Shown here piece after piece: positions 13,016 to 26,619 of a stretch of 64,000 nt of DNA; the first letter of the stretch is position 1, and the number at the start of each line of letters is the position of its first letter. Below the pieces are notes generated by a model that was given only the letters and a program-made list of their open reading frames with translations, had not been told where the DNA came from and did not search any database. Source of the stretch: Lama glama (lineage: Eukaryota); the NCBI GenBank assembly GCA_028534125.1, contig CM052817.1, positions 16,184,001-16,248,000 of the forward strand, read 5' to 3'. The position numbers and the translations under genes were made by a program.

Positions 13016-13879
13016 ACACTCTGCATTCCGCACTGGTCCCGTGCTCACTTCTGACGGCTCCGCTCTGCAGAAATGAAGGTGGCCACTGCCTGCCCTGCCC
13101 AGGGAGCAGGGTTTCACGTGCCTTCTCAAACCGCAGGATGTCAGAAGCACTCCTGCCATCAGGGAGTAAAGACTCTGGTGTGTGTGTGAGAGTGAAAGAG
13201 AGAGATTTTTGATGCACCCACCTACAGATAGTAAGGGCAGGGGCAAATACGGCACAAACACATAGATTTTCTTTAACTTTAAAGATTAAAGGAAACCCAT
13301 TTTTCAACCCTTTGCCTTACATAAAATATTCCACTCCATCTATATTAGTCAAGGTTTTTCAGGGGTCCTTATCCTTTCCAGATGCCTTTGGCTGTCAGAT
13401 GAAATCTATGGACCCCTTCTAAAAAGAATGGTTTTTAAAGGATCACAAAGGAGATTAATTATATTGAAACAGTTTTCCATCCCAAGTTAAGAAGCCCAGC
13501 AGAGCGTGGTTTTAGTGGATGGGAAGTAGAGCTGTTGTCTGGGTTTTTATGTTGTTGTTTTTTTTTTTAACTTGGGATTTCTGCTGGAGAGACTTGTGCT
13601 GTGAGAGTGACAGGCTGTCACAGAAAGCAGAAAGTGGCGGCTTTGTCCTTGTGACTATACACCTTCCTGTACACAGGCTTTGTAGCTGTTTCTGTCTTGC
13701 AAACAGCCTGCACCCATTAACCCAGAGCCCTTCAATATTTGCTATACTAGAATAGTTCAGAATGTAGACTTCCTTTATTTACAGCCCTAAGTAGGTTTTA
13801 ACCACTCCTGAGAGAGAAGCAGACTAATAAAGAAAGCAATCTGAGGAGTTTGGAGAAAGTAGAAGTAATGGTAAAAACA

Positions 13880-14100
13880 TGTATTCAACCATTTATTCTT
13901 TCACCAAATATTTACTGAGCACCTTCTCTAGATTCACAGTTGTGAATAAAGGACCTACAAAACTTTCCCCCAAGGAGTTCGCATCCAAATGTGGGGATAT
14001 ACCCTGTGAGCAACAGAAGGAAATGTAAAACAAGTACACATATGTCTAGTGGTGATAAATGCTATGGAGAAAAAAAAAAAGCAGAGGAGGTTAGGGAGTG
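13880..14100 (-). mobile_element. L2 LINE 3' end
   Basis: catttattctttcaccaaatatttactgagcaccttct...gataaatgctatggagaaaa, reverse L2 tail. Confidence 0.8.
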
Positions 14101-14225
14101 TAAGGACATGAATTCATACTTCATATAGCATTTATTTCCCCACTGCATGTCACTAAATATTTGAGGCCAAGCTCCCACTATGTTTCAGGCCCTGAAAATG
14201 ATCCTGGGGAAGCCGGAATATATAT

Positions 14226-14292
14226 GATGGATGAGTGGATGGATGGGTGGATGGATGGGTGGATTGATAGATGGATGGATGGGTGGATAGAT
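14226..14292. repeat. (TGGA)n-type imperfect microsatellite
   Basis: gatggatgagtggatggatgggtggatggatgggtgg... seen directly. Confidence 0.95.
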
Positions 14293-14489
14293 TTGGATAT
14301 GGATATACACATATCACACACCTGATTTCCAATTATTCGCATGTGGAAGGTATGCAGGCTTCACCAAGAGGGGTCTATGTGTAATGGTGCTGATTGCAGT
14401 TTCTTTTAAAGGGCAAATGATGAATGCCTCTAAAGGGTCCTCAAAGTGGGAAGGGTGCAGCGGCGCGGGGTCTGTGTCTGCTGTGCTGA

Positions 14490-14700
14490 AGGGCATGAGT
14501 GTTGGCAGCATTGAGAGCTCTGGCACAGGGTCCACAAACATGGTCCTTTCCCAGCTCCTCCACGTACCTCACTGACTGGCCATAAGCAAGTTATACCCTC
14601 TCTTTGAGTTTTAAGATCCTCATTCACAAAGTGAGGATCCCACGTGCTGTGGGTTCAAGGGCAGCCAAGCAAGGAGTGGCAGCATAGTGCCTGGCCTGAG
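14490..14700 (+). mobile_element. MIR SINE (degenerate)
   Basis: cccagctcctccac...ctggccataagcaagttatacc...ctcattcacaaagtgagga...agcatagtgcctggc. Confidence 0.7.
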
Positions 14701-15799
14701 GGAACTGACAGACAAGCCCTTGCCGCCTCCATCTTCTCATCCAGGAAAAAGACAAGGACACCCGAAATGCAAACAGAAGACCGTGCGCCCAGGGGAAGGC
14801 GACAGTAACTGCTTCTGCTCATTTGTTTTCTTTGTTTTTGTGACCCCAGTAGTTCTAGGGAATATTAGATGGTACTTTTTAAAAAAAGTCCACAGTCAAA
14901 TAAGTTTCAGAAACAACAAAGGAAATGAAGTAACATGAGTCTCTCTAGTTCAGGCTTTCCTGCTCTGTAACACGTGGATGTGCATCACCACAAAACTCTA
15001 AGAAATGCGCACAAGTGTTTCGCAACTTATTTGACCCGGGAACTCTTTGGCAAATCCTATGTGACAGCTGTTCAATGGAACTGACTTTGGCAAATGTGGA
15101 TTTGCTCCAAGAACAAACGAATCAAAAGATAAGGAATCTATACCCTGTCTGGTTCTGATGTGGTCTGATGGCTTTCTTTGAAAAGGCAGACTCGGGCGTA
15201 TTTTCTGCAAACCAAGAAAGCCTGGGAGTGGCGTTTCCTTTCCACTGGACCACGGCAACTTCTCCTTTTCCTGTAAAAAGAAGTCTTATTCTGGGACCAC
15301 AGCACATTTGGGGAAAGTGTCCGCAACATCTGAACACTTCTCATTCCCTAGGACAGGTAATTCCCCTATTTTCTGCAATAAATGGGCTCTTAAAACGAGT
15401 TTTGTTAATTACTCTTTTGAAAGCCAGATCCTTTTCTGGCTACATGGGGAAACCTGCTGCTTAAAGTCACCCCAGGTTTTCTTTATTATCCAAATGCTTC
15501 ACTGTAAGTGTGCATTACTTTCATAAACAGAAACTCCATGCTGGGGGAAAAAAAAGAAAAGAAATTCTATAGAGATATGTTGATACACCAATAGTAAGTC
15601 CAAAAATTACCTACTTGTACATGAAGATTTTTATATATGGGGCTTTTTATGATGATCTTACTTAACATTGGTACACTAGATAAATCCGAAGCAGAAGGGG
15701 GAAGCAAGGGGGAAACGAGGTTCCAAAATTCTTCCTCCCCCGTGCTTAGAATTCAATCTCAGGAGGAGGAAATCGCCCACTCTCTCATTCTCCAAGGCA

Positions 15800-15935
15800 A
15801 AGGAAGAGAGAGGGAGAGAGGGAGGAAAGGCAGGAGGAAGGGAGGAAGGGAAGGAAGGAAGGAAGAAACAAAGAAACAAACAAAGAAACAAACAAAGAAA
15901 GAACGAACTAGAGACACACAGAGAAAGAAAGCAAG
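15800..15935. repeat. Purine-rich (GGAA)n and (AAAC/AAAG)n compound repeat
   Basis: ggaaggaaggaagg...aaacaaagaaacaaacaaagaaacaaacaaagaaa seen directly. Confidence 0.9.
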
Positions 15936-18149
15936 AGTTGTTGAGACTGCTACGGTGAGGGGAGGGAAACACAAGCCCACAGATTAAGTTGACCCAAGTC
16001 AATACAAAAGGCTTTGTGCAAGGGCTCCGGCATTAATGGGATTTGGTCTGCTAAAGCCCTGCGAATCAAGTACAGAACATAACCATAGATGCCGGAGTTA
16101 TTTTTGAAATGGATGTCTTAAGTAATATGAAGCTTAACTAGCAGGGACACACTCGTGGTATTTTGCATGACTGCTGCCGGCTGGTGGCCCGGCTGGGAAC
16201 CGGAGCTGCCCAATTAGCAGCAGCCTCCCACCTGGGACAGGACCAACTAGGGGAGCCTTGACCCAGAGGTGAGCCTCGGAGGAGCTGGTGTGTGTTTCAG
16301 CAGGGAGACTGTGCTGCATCCTTTCTGCTGCAGATGATGTACCTGGAGGCGGACGATCTGAGCTTGGGAACCTGGGGACCTTGGTTTAGAATCAAGCTTT
16401 CCCTCTTTCCGTCAACCTTACATCAGTGTCTCCAAAGTGTCTGCAACCATCTAGGGTCTTGAAGATCCCAGGAAGGACCACCCAAAGCCCCTGCTCTCAA
16501 AGAGCCTACATTCTCCTGGAAGATGGGAAGCCAGCATATAAATAAGAATCTCTGTCAGTAATAAGACCCATTTAAGAAAATCAAAAAGGAAAGCGGGAGA
16601 AAGGGCTCCGGGGCAGGGAAAAAGTGCTCAGGGAAGACAGCTCTGAAGAAGAAATGCTGAAGCTAAGACTCCAATAACCAAGAGGACCCCACCCTGCAAA
16701 GACCTGGGGAAAGAACAGTGCAGGAGGAGGGAGCGAGCCAGTCTTCCACCAGACTCAGCAGAGAACACCATCGTCCCTTACTTCCAACCAGCTAAGCTTT
16801 CGGCAATACTAAATTCAAAACCTCACAGACATGTTTAATTTCAAAATCTTAAATTGCGTACAATGCCTGCTAGGAAAATCTATCCCGAAACTTGGGATAT
16901 TTTTAGAATGGTCCACTTCAGTTGCTTCAAGTACTTTTTTTCCCTGTTCAACCAGAAGACCCAAATAGTCCAGGTACAGCAGCCTCCCCTAAAAACCCAA
17001 AACTGCATTCATCAGCCACTTTTTAAAAATCGGATCTTACTCCAAAGCGGAATGACTTGATTACTCCCCTAACAGAATACATTATGCTGATTACGGGATT
17101 ATTCACATGCCATTTCGAAGAGGTTGGGCAACATTCCTCAACATTCCACCCACCAACAAATAGAGCCGAGAAAGTGGAAAATGTGATGCTAATATTCAAA
17201 CGTCCTCCATGTCCTGATACCATGATAAAATTCTTCTGCACTCTTTTTTTTTTTAACTGATGTTTTTTAAAAAAGGGAGACAGGGGTAGTTATTTTGGTA
17301 CAATACAGCTCAGAGAGAATAAAAGAAAAAAGCACCAGCAGGGGCCCAAATATGAGGTTGTTTCTAGGATCTGACACACACGAGGCACTCAGTAAACGTA
17401 GGTTTCTCTCCCCAGACTCCTTGCCTGAGTGTACGCTGAGCATTGATTTTTATATCAATAATTTGCCAATAACATATTCATTGGCTCCTTTTTTTATACC
17501 TGTCAGTGTAGGGTGGTGCTTTCAACCTGCTGATCATTGATTCACCTTCATCAATTCATAAGAATAGCTCGGGGTGAGAACAGGGGTGAGGAGGTGGAAG
17601 CTTTATCGCCGTTGTTCACTGCTAATCGATGGTTAGCATTTTATGCTCAAGACAGTCAAATTCATATTATTTTACATTTTAAAAGTTTTTAAAGGAGCAT
17701 TTAGTAAAAGCCAAAATGAAAACAGGGCATGGCAAGTTCAAATAAGCCATAAATTAGACAACGAAGCATAATTCTACTGAATACCATTGTATGAGCTAAT
17801 CAACGTGTCATTTTTTTTTCCATCAGCATCTATTTACTGTCATATAATTTCCATAAGGGCACCATCTGTATTTATAGAAAGAATTATCTTTGTGGTGATC
17901 TAGCAATCTACAAACAATGGTGATATTTCACTTTTCTTAGGGGATCAATTTTAGAATGGGGTTAAAGGATTTATAAGTCTCTTTTTCATGATGAACCAGA
18001 CGGACAAGGGCTTATTCATACATCCCTGTGATGTTAGAAGCACACGAAATAAACAAAATAAAAACAACAACAACAGCATGTAATTTTGACTTATTAAAAT
18101 GTAAAGTTCTAGATCTTGACATGCACTTCTGGGGGGTTTTCTTGTCTTT

Positions 18150-18209
18150 AATTTTTTAAAATTGAGGTATAGTTGATGTACAATATCATATTAGTGTCAG
18201 GTGTGACAT
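18150..18209 (-). mobile_element. Short L1 3'-end fragment
   Basis: ttttaaaattgaggtatagttgatgtacaatatcatattagtgtcaggtgt is a reverse laurasiatherian L1 3' UTR terminus. Confidence 0.75.
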
Positions 18210-19610
18210 GTGCATTTTTTTAATCAAGCAGGATGAGTCCCTACTACAAAGTCTAGTAAAATAATCACAGACAAAAATTTTTTTTTTCCATTTTGGCTGA
18301 AAGGGTGGGTTAATTTTCGGCGTGATTTGATTTGGTGCCCCATGGCTCAGACGGTACCCAGTATTTGCCAAGGTCACTGCCTTGAGTTTAATCAGGATCC
18401 AGCCAGCTCACTCAGTTATGACACATGATCAAACACTGCCTTGTCCAGCTCTCAGTGCTGGCCCTGCAAGGGCAAGTCACTGGCTTAAGGATGGCTAGTC
18501 AAGCCGGTGGGGATGAGTCAGCTAACCCCTCACCACTGACAGGATAGAAATTCATAACAGAAGCCCTTCCGTTGGACACAGACTTCATAGATACACGACA
18601 AAACAAGGGTGCAGGGAGAGATTTGTTTAAAGGATTTCTACGGCTCCCAGGTAGGACCTCACAGAGAGCAGTTTGGTTTCACCTCAGCCTGGAGTCAATT
18701 CCAAGAGCAAGATGCAGTTTGAGAGAATCAATCCAAGGCAAAATTCTCACTCTTGGTGAGGATGCAAATTTCTCCACTAATAATCAATTGCTTTGTAAAT
18801 TTAATTTTAAACAAGGTTTAGAAGGATTATGATTAAAAATCTATATGACATACTAACCAACAAAATAAAAAAGCAAAATGCAAACTAATATTTACACTTC
18901 ATTGATTGATTCCTTAACTGTACATGTTCACAGATTTCTACCAAATACCAAGGACTATATTAAGTAACAGGTACAGTGAACAGAAAAGACACAGCCTCTG
19001 CCCTCCTGGAGCTCATTGTCTTTAAAAAAAAATGTGTGAATGAGCAATTGAGTAGAAATTCACTAAATCATATTAGTGATTTATTTAAGACATGTAATTT
19101 CTCTGTTTCTTCTCACTAATATAGTTTTGTTGCTTTTAAAATCTAAAACATTTATTTCTTTTTTGATTATGCACTGGAGCCAGGAAGTAATCTTTGTGGA
19201 TTTGAGGGGTTTTTTAATTTGTTTTTTGTTTGTTTTTTGAAATGTTATTCATTGAAATGTTAACATTTGAAGAAACTTTGATCACTGAATATCTGAAAAA
19301 TGTTAATAAAATAGAGAATGTTTAGGGAAACATAACCAAAAAACATATTCACCAGTGGAAAATGGATCTTCTTAGGGAGGGATAAGGAATCAGGCTCATT
19401 TATCCCATTTATCTTTGTGGGGAATGAACTCTGGAATCAGTAAAGTTCTATATTCAAGTCCTGGCTCTCCCACTGTGTAGGGAGAACCTCTCCACATCTC
19501 AGTTTCCCTATTCATAAAACGGGTGGAGAAAAGAATTATGTGAGTATGGTGAATGTAAATAGCGTAGCTTGTAATCCTTGATCCACTTGTTGGCTGCCTT
19601 CATGAGCAGA

Positions 19611-19654
<44 letters not shown>
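19611..19654. repeat. Perfect (CAT)14 trinucleotide microsatellite
   Basis: Counted directly: 14 uninterrupted CAT units plus CA. Confidence 0.98.
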
Positions 19655-19744
19655 CAAAAAAAATTCATAATCCGATGTGATAAAGAGCTGCTTTAGAGTA
19701 TCCTGGTGGTAACCACAAAAGAAGCAGGTAACAATCTATCCTGA

Positions 19745-19960
19745 GAAAACACTAGAATTTAAGTCAGAAGTCCCTGGTTCAAATCCTAGCTCTTCTCATG
19801 CATGTTAATTTGTGCCAACTTGGATAAGCTCTTAAACTTCTCAGTCTCGGTTTTCCCAGCTCTAAAATGGACCTAATAGAACTTATTTAATGAGATAATA
19901 CATAAGGAAGGCCCACATACATCCTACACATCATCTCATTGAATACAGGATACTATTAAT
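19745..19960 (+). mobile_element. MIR SINE
   Basis: agtcagaagtccctggttcaaatcctagctct...cttggataagctcttaaacttctcagtctcggttttcc. Confidence 0.85.
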
Positions 19961-20869
19961 TTTATAGCAAAGCACATTCTGACAATAATCTACCATAAAA
20001 TGACCTGTTGTTTAATCACCCAGGTTAAAACCCCCTCAAAAGATCAACTTGAATTTCAGCTCCACCATTCACTAGATGAATAACATCTCTTACATTTTCT
20101 GGGCCCTGATTTCTGGTCAGGAAAACAGCATATTCACTGTGAAGATTAGAAATTCGATGTGCAAAGTGCACAGAGACTGTGGCACATCACACATAGTCAC
20201 TGATAGGTAGCTCCCCACCCTGTCTGTTAAACCATGACTCAGTACATCTCACTTTTAGTATGTATAGTCCCACACTCTCAAACTCGTTAAATGAAAAGCA
20301 TTAGAAATAACCTTTGGATGATCTTTAAATAATTCTTTATGGTTTGGAGGGGGGAAAAATCTACAGAAACATAAAATATCCAGGGTGTCAAATATACAGT
20401 ATAATCATTTTGTATGATCACTGCTAATACAGTTCAATGTAAATTGCAGTCTCCGATTTGACATAATTACACATAACCAAACACTAATAAAAATTGCTGC
20501 CTTATATTTCAAATTAGTAATTATGGTAGTAAATATTAACAACATGTCAGATATAAGATGGTGATTTGTTCTGAAATGTATTAGAAATCATTATACTGTA
20601 TGATAATTTTAATTACAGTCGGGTAACAAGAAAGCACGCAACGGTTAGGGCTCTTGGGGCATCATGGGAACCAGCAGCGCCTCAGTTCAGCGCCAGCTCT
20701 GACTCCCTCACTTTGAGTTCAGGAAACGCACACTTCTTTCTCCACCTTTAAATAGCAAACCCAGTTCCCGCTGCAGAATCAGTACATTCAGGAGGTTTGG
20801 GGTCATTTTTCCAGGGTTTTAAAATCCTTATTCTAGCGCTCTCTAGGCACGGGAATTGGGCTGATGGGA

Positions 20870-21040
20870 ATTTCTCTGTGCCTCTGTTTTCTCATCTTTA
20901 AAATGGAAAACAGGGTAGTGCTTAGCTCAGAGAGTGGTAACAGCAGCTAAATTAGGTCAGACCATGTGCAATGCTTAGCCCAGCACATGGAACATTAAGA
21001 CATAGTAAGTCTTCGATAGATAGTAGTGGTTGTTACCACC
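20870..21040 (+). mobile_element. MIR SINE 3' half
   Basis: tctctgtgcctctgttttctcatctttaaaatgg...atgcttagcccagcac...catagtaagt. Confidence 0.8.
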
Positions 21041-23063
21041 GTTTTATATTAATGTTCAGATCAATCATTTCCCTGAACTTTTAAGACCACATTCTTAATA
21101 ATAGTGACCAAGTGTCCTATATTGAGTAGAAATGTGCTGAACGTTGGCTTCTATCTCTTGGGACACAGTAATCTTCAAAATTTAGTCTTTCTCCTTCCTC
21201 TCTCCGTCCACATTCCTCCATTTCTTTTCACCCACTCAGCGTTGTGAGTCAAAGGGAATATCCTTGTCTTCATACTTTCACCTCTCTCAAATGTCTGGCT
21301 TTGGCTCATCCTTTCACGGCCCCTGTCTCCATGCTGGCTTTTGCCACAGTCTCTAAGCACGGTCCACCATCTACCCCATGCTCCATCAATGATGACCCTG
21401 AAGAGATGCTGAGAAACTTGACTCCCTACAAGTGAGTATAAGAGCCACAGGACTCCCGCCTCCACCCATTTACAACCTGACACACCTGAAATACGATCAC
21501 TAGGCTCTAATTTAGGAATCCAATGCCCTTCCCACCCTGCCTATGCCACTACCCTCCACCAAAAAACCCCTGAAATTCCTTATTCTAACATAAAAACCAT
21601 TTGTGTATTCAAAACTACCTATTTCTACCACTTTTAAAGATCTCCGGATTTATCCCATTTAAGGGAAAAAAAGACTTCTAGGCCATGCAATATCCTTGCA
21701 ACACTCTCCCAGCTCCAAGACCTCCATGCACATTCATGGTCTCCTGCAAAGCGGGGGAGAACTCCCAGCATTCTGATAAAGCACCTTTCCTGTCTACATT
21801 TCCACATCGTTTCAGGAAAAAATATTCAGGGGAACAGACTGGACTGCTAATTAGAGAACTGTCTGAAACCACCATGAACCACATTTCCATCGGTGCAATA
21901 AGCAAAGACTCTTCATTAAAATCACTGTCCTCTGCAAGCGAAAGCTGTTTCAAGTGCAATAGATCTAATTCACAGGAGTGATCATGCAGACCCAGGTACA
22001 GTATTCATTATTAACTTAAAAAGTATGCCAAATCAATTAAAAACCATTTTAAAGGGAAGGAATAAAATTTAGTTCTACCTAACTGCAGCTCAGCTCTAAT
22101 TTATCTTCCAGCCACTTTCAAGGGATTTTACTTGGTTCTTAATCTAACATTCATTGGAAAGGGTAATTCTCATGAAATTACAATGGCATCTCTTGCATCA
22201 TTTAATGCAAATGTTCCCATTCTTCGGAAATGGAGAGTGGCTTCTCCAATAAAGACTCCCTTCAAGGTGTAAAGTGGGAGAACTCTGGGATCTGCTTGAG
22301 AAGAAAAAAACATCCCATTTCAGAAGCTGCTCCAATTTAAAACTCTGCCTGCATCCCTATGACAAATTGTATTCCAAATATAGGTTATTCACGACATGTT
22401 TGTTATAAGGCGAGGCATGTGAATTCCTGCCATGTCTTTCTTTACAAACATGTCAAGACTTGTGAACCTTTAATGAAATGCAGCATTTGGGAAGCAAAGA
22501 GGAGCCTACAAAGATGCCAGAAAGAAGAGGCTCCTTTCCTGGGACTGGGACCCTCTTAGGCTAGTGATAGTTTCCATCATCAGAGATATTGTGTCATCTC
22601 AAAACCAAATGGGGCTTCACAGGTCACTGAAATGAACCACTTACTTCAGCTTATAGATTAAGAGACTAAGGCCTGAAGAAGAAGATTTTTTCCAAAGTGT
22701 CAGGGCCGGTGAGGGGCAAAGACTACCAGACCCATGTCTGGCCTGGCCACCACACAGCTGCCTTCCATTCATGCCATAGGGTTGACAAGGCTCCAAAATA
22801 GATTTTGCCCTCTTGGGGTACTTTCTTAGGTCCCATGGGGCACCAACTTTCTGGTATTCAAATAAAAGTTCAAAGAAACTTGGAAGTGAACTTATCCCAG
22901 TTGGGTATTTTTAGTCATGCTATTGAAACCGAGTCCCCCTAAAACCAAGATCCCCTGCTGAGTTTACGATTAGCCTCTCCATCCAGAACTTTATCCTTTT
23001 TCTTGTCCCACCCTCCGCCCCTACTCCCCTGAGGACTGAGGAGTGGCAAAGAAAAGGGGGGAC

Positions 23064-23648
23064 TGAAACAGAGCAGGGCCTGTGGGACCAAAGCCCCTCC
23101 ATGTCCTCTGTCTCTTGTTTGTAGAAAAAGGCTTCAGTCTCCGAGGTTTTCCCTGAGTTCCAAAGAGCAGATTCAAGAAGTTACTAATTAGGGAAGTGAG
23201 GGAATGTAGAAACAAAGGAAAAATAGTCAAGAAATAACAATTTGGTTATAAATTGTTCCTCCTCAAGGGATATACATAGCAATCTGAAACGTATCTTTGA
23301 GTTCTTCTACAGGAACTAAGATGCCTGCCCAGGTGAAAGATGGTGACTACAGGCTGACCACACACATGTAGACCCTAGACAGGTTGGAAAGCTAATGATT
23401 AGGATTCCCAAAACACCATCCTGTGACCTCACCACTGACCAACCAAAAGAAAGTCATGCCACCTGCAACCCTCACCCCAGATGTTTCCTTTAAAAGCTCT
23501 TCCATTTGGGGAATTTGGGTCTTTTGAGCATAAGCTGCCCATTCTCCTTGCTTGGTGCCTGCAATAAACACTGTACTTTCCTCCACCACAACCAGGTGTC
23601 AGTAAATTGGCTTTAGTGGGCAAGTAGAACTAGTTTAGTTTGGTACCA
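23064..23648 (+). mobile_element. ERV1-class LTR preceded by a polypurine tract
   Basis: PPT aaagaaaagggggga 23048-23062 just before TG 23064; TATA-like cctttaaaag near 23490; AATAAA 23563-23568; ends ...tttggtacCA. Confidence 0.85.
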
Positions 23649-23865
23649 CTACAGAAATTAGTTGGATGGATTTTACATTTGGCTTTTGTTTTTAACTAAG
23701 GCCCGGGAGTACAATCTTTCTTATTTGTTAACTCATTTTCTCCCAATCACTAGTAACCAGAGGTCCCACGCAGAAGAGATCCACTTCCTAATTAATGTTT
23801 TCTCCAAGTATATGGCTTTCTGAGATGGTGAGAACACAGTAGTCTGCTCTGGTTTTGGTTTAAAG

Positions 23866-24206
23866 CAAGGCTCAACAAACTTTTTCTGTAAAGGGCCCGA
23901 GAGTGACTATGTTAAGCTGTGCAAGCCACATGGTCTCTGTCTGAACTACTCAACTCAGCAACTGTGGTGCAAAAGCAGTCACAGACGTTGTGTAAGCAAA
24001 TAAGCCTGGCTACGTTCTGATAAAACTTTATTTATCCATGTTGAAATTGAATTTCATGTAACTTTCATGTGTCATGAAGCATTATTCATCTTTTGATTTT
24101 TATTCAACCACTTAAAAATGCAAAAACCATTTTTAGCTCATAAGTTATACAAAAGCAGGCAGGAGGCCAGATGTGTCTTGCCCCCACTAGAGTTTGCCAA
24201 CCCCCG
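23866..24206. mobile_element. MER58B-like hAT-Charlie element, full length
   Basis: caaggctcaacaaactttttctgtaaagggcc ... agtttgccaacccccg; 8-bp TSD gtttaaag / gtttagag (7/8). Confidence 0.9.
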
Positions 24207-25439
24207 GTTTAGAGTCATGAAAGCACTCACCACCTGGAAAACATCCTTTTGCTACCCAGACGCTCTCTTTATAATTTGCTAGCAGTGCTCGTCTGGCTAA
24301 TACACATTTTCTGTCAAATGCACATGTATTCCCATTGGTGTGTGATAGGAATGACTTCAGCAAGGTTACATCCTACTTGCTAGTGACTTCAATCACCCCA
24401 CAGTGCTCCTGAGTGGGGTGTCTTCCTTGATGGGAAGTATAACTGAAAGGACTGACTTGATCACCGAGAAACAGTTGTGAGATTATGTCATTATCATGCC
24501 AATCAGACGAAAGAGAAACACCCAGCCATGGGACCGTTGATGTACGTTCTACTACTGGATTTTTAGCCTTCATACGTAAATACTGCTTTAAATTTGGAAA
24601 GAAATATTCGAGTTTCACCTATGGCCAATATTAGCACCAACAAATCAATCACCGAAATCATTATCAATCTTTCGTCTATACAATGAAGTAAGTAGGAACG
24701 CTCCATTTAAATACCTTTACACACAGCACAACTCCACTGGCATCAGCATATTACAAAAACCAATTTTCTTACATCAACTTCTATCTACTTCTAATTCTGT
24801 AGCATAGCTCTGGGGAGTTGCTACAAGGTCTGTGTAAACTGAAAATCTAAATAACATTATGACGCCTATTACAGAACTAATTTATAATCTAATACCCCAG
24901 TTGAATTTAATATCCTATTTATTTATTCAAGCAAAATATCTGGAAAAAAATATGTCACATCATAATGTAGTTGTTATGAAAATGGAAAAATAAAACAGAA
25001 TTTTAGAGAAAGCATGATAATTGCTAGGGGCAGGTACGAGCAAGAATTGCAGAGCCCCTCACACGAAGGAGAGACAGAAACAGGAGCTCTTTAATAAATA
25101 GAATTTTTGCTTTATAATGCAATTATTGTGAAATTTAGTATTTCACATCAAATTTATAACTTTAAAATGTGATTCCTATTAATGTTATCTGCTCAGAGCT
25201 ACTGCAGAATAAAACTGTTGGCCAATAGATGCCACCTCAACAACTGTCTTTAACAACTCCATTCCCATCCTGGGTGGAAGAACCAAGTTTATGGCAGCAT
25301 TTATAAGCATGCACTGCCAGTACGAATACACCAGTGAGGGATGCCCATATGTGTAATACACACAGGCTGATGGAAATAACTCTGCAGAGGCTTCTGAGAA
25401 TTCCACGGTTCATGCTGATCTCTTTCTCTTAAGATCAAT

Positions 25440-25575
25440 AGGAGGAAGAAAGGACAGAAGGAAGGAATGAAGGAAAAGAAGGAGGAAGAAAGGAGAGAGG
25501 AAAGCAGGGAGGGAGGAAGGAAGAAAAAGAAAAAAGAGAGGAATGAAGGACAGAAGGAAAGAAGTGAAGGAGGAT
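25440..25575. repeat. GA-rich low-complexity tract
   Basis: Nearly pure purine run, seen directly. Confidence 0.9.
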
Positions 25576-26619
25576 ATTATGATGTTTGGATACGGAAAGC
25601 TATGGAAAGCATAAGTATAAAAACCTTAGGGGACGGTGACAATGACATCCTACCACGGGATGCTCCCAGCCATCCAGGAAACAGGGCTGACTGGATGAAA
25701 GTTTAGTGGGGCACCACAGTACCTTTACAGGACAGTTCCTAAGACTCACAGAAAGGGCAACAGCACCTGAATCCCTCCAGGAAATAAGGCACATGCCTGC
25801 TGATTGTTTTTTCTTGAGAGAAGAACCATGTTTGCAGAGTAGGTAGCAGCCCCAAGTCATGCTGGCTCTAGGTTCCGAAGAACGCATGCACCCAGGTGCA
25901 CCCTCACACTCACACTGGCGACTTCCATGCCTCATAAAACAAGCAGAAGCAGCAGCCATCTACATGGCAGGGTTTCAAGCCCCGAGGTCCCTGAGTCCTC
26001 CTCCAAATCTGCATGTCTAGATTTCAAGCCCTACTCTAGGCTTCCTATATTTTCATTAAGCTCCCCAGGTGAGTCTTCCTTCATGGGTCTCCATTTTCAA
26101 AAACATACACATGGAGATTCTGGTGTGAGAGTTCTGCTGTCTCCTGACAGATGGGCCTCCTCTGATCGTTTGCCTTCTCCAAACGTAGAGCTGGCCCCCC
26201 ACTATTTCCTGAGCATCCCTCCTACTGTGGCTTCTGTCTCCCTCCTTCTCCCACCCCAAGCATCAGCTCAGCGAGGCTGCCAGGGAAGGAGGAAGACCAC
26301 CTCTTCCCTGAGCCACGCGACCTGCTCTTTGTGAACGGCACCCACGTGCTCCAGAAGCCCAGCTCAGCATTCTATTGATCATCACCTATAAATCTAGCTA
26401 CTCGTAAAAAGGTTCCATGAAATACAATCCAGGGACATAAATCTCTCTAAGAGAGATGAAATCTGATGGGAAATAAAATTCCCTCATTTCATTTATTCCC
26501 TTGTTTAACAGACTGACTTTCCCATCAGCTGTGAACATTAACATAAGATGGCAGAGGGTAGGGGACAGAGCACAGGCTGGGTGGGGGTCAGGCCAACAGG
26601 GGAGCAAACACCCCCGGTG

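Noticed and set aside
15637..16002. Charged or hydrophobic low-complexity ORFs (also 1373-1642, 25467-25706, 28886-29311)
   Set aside because: They are translations of GA/CT-rich simple repeats that lack stop codons.
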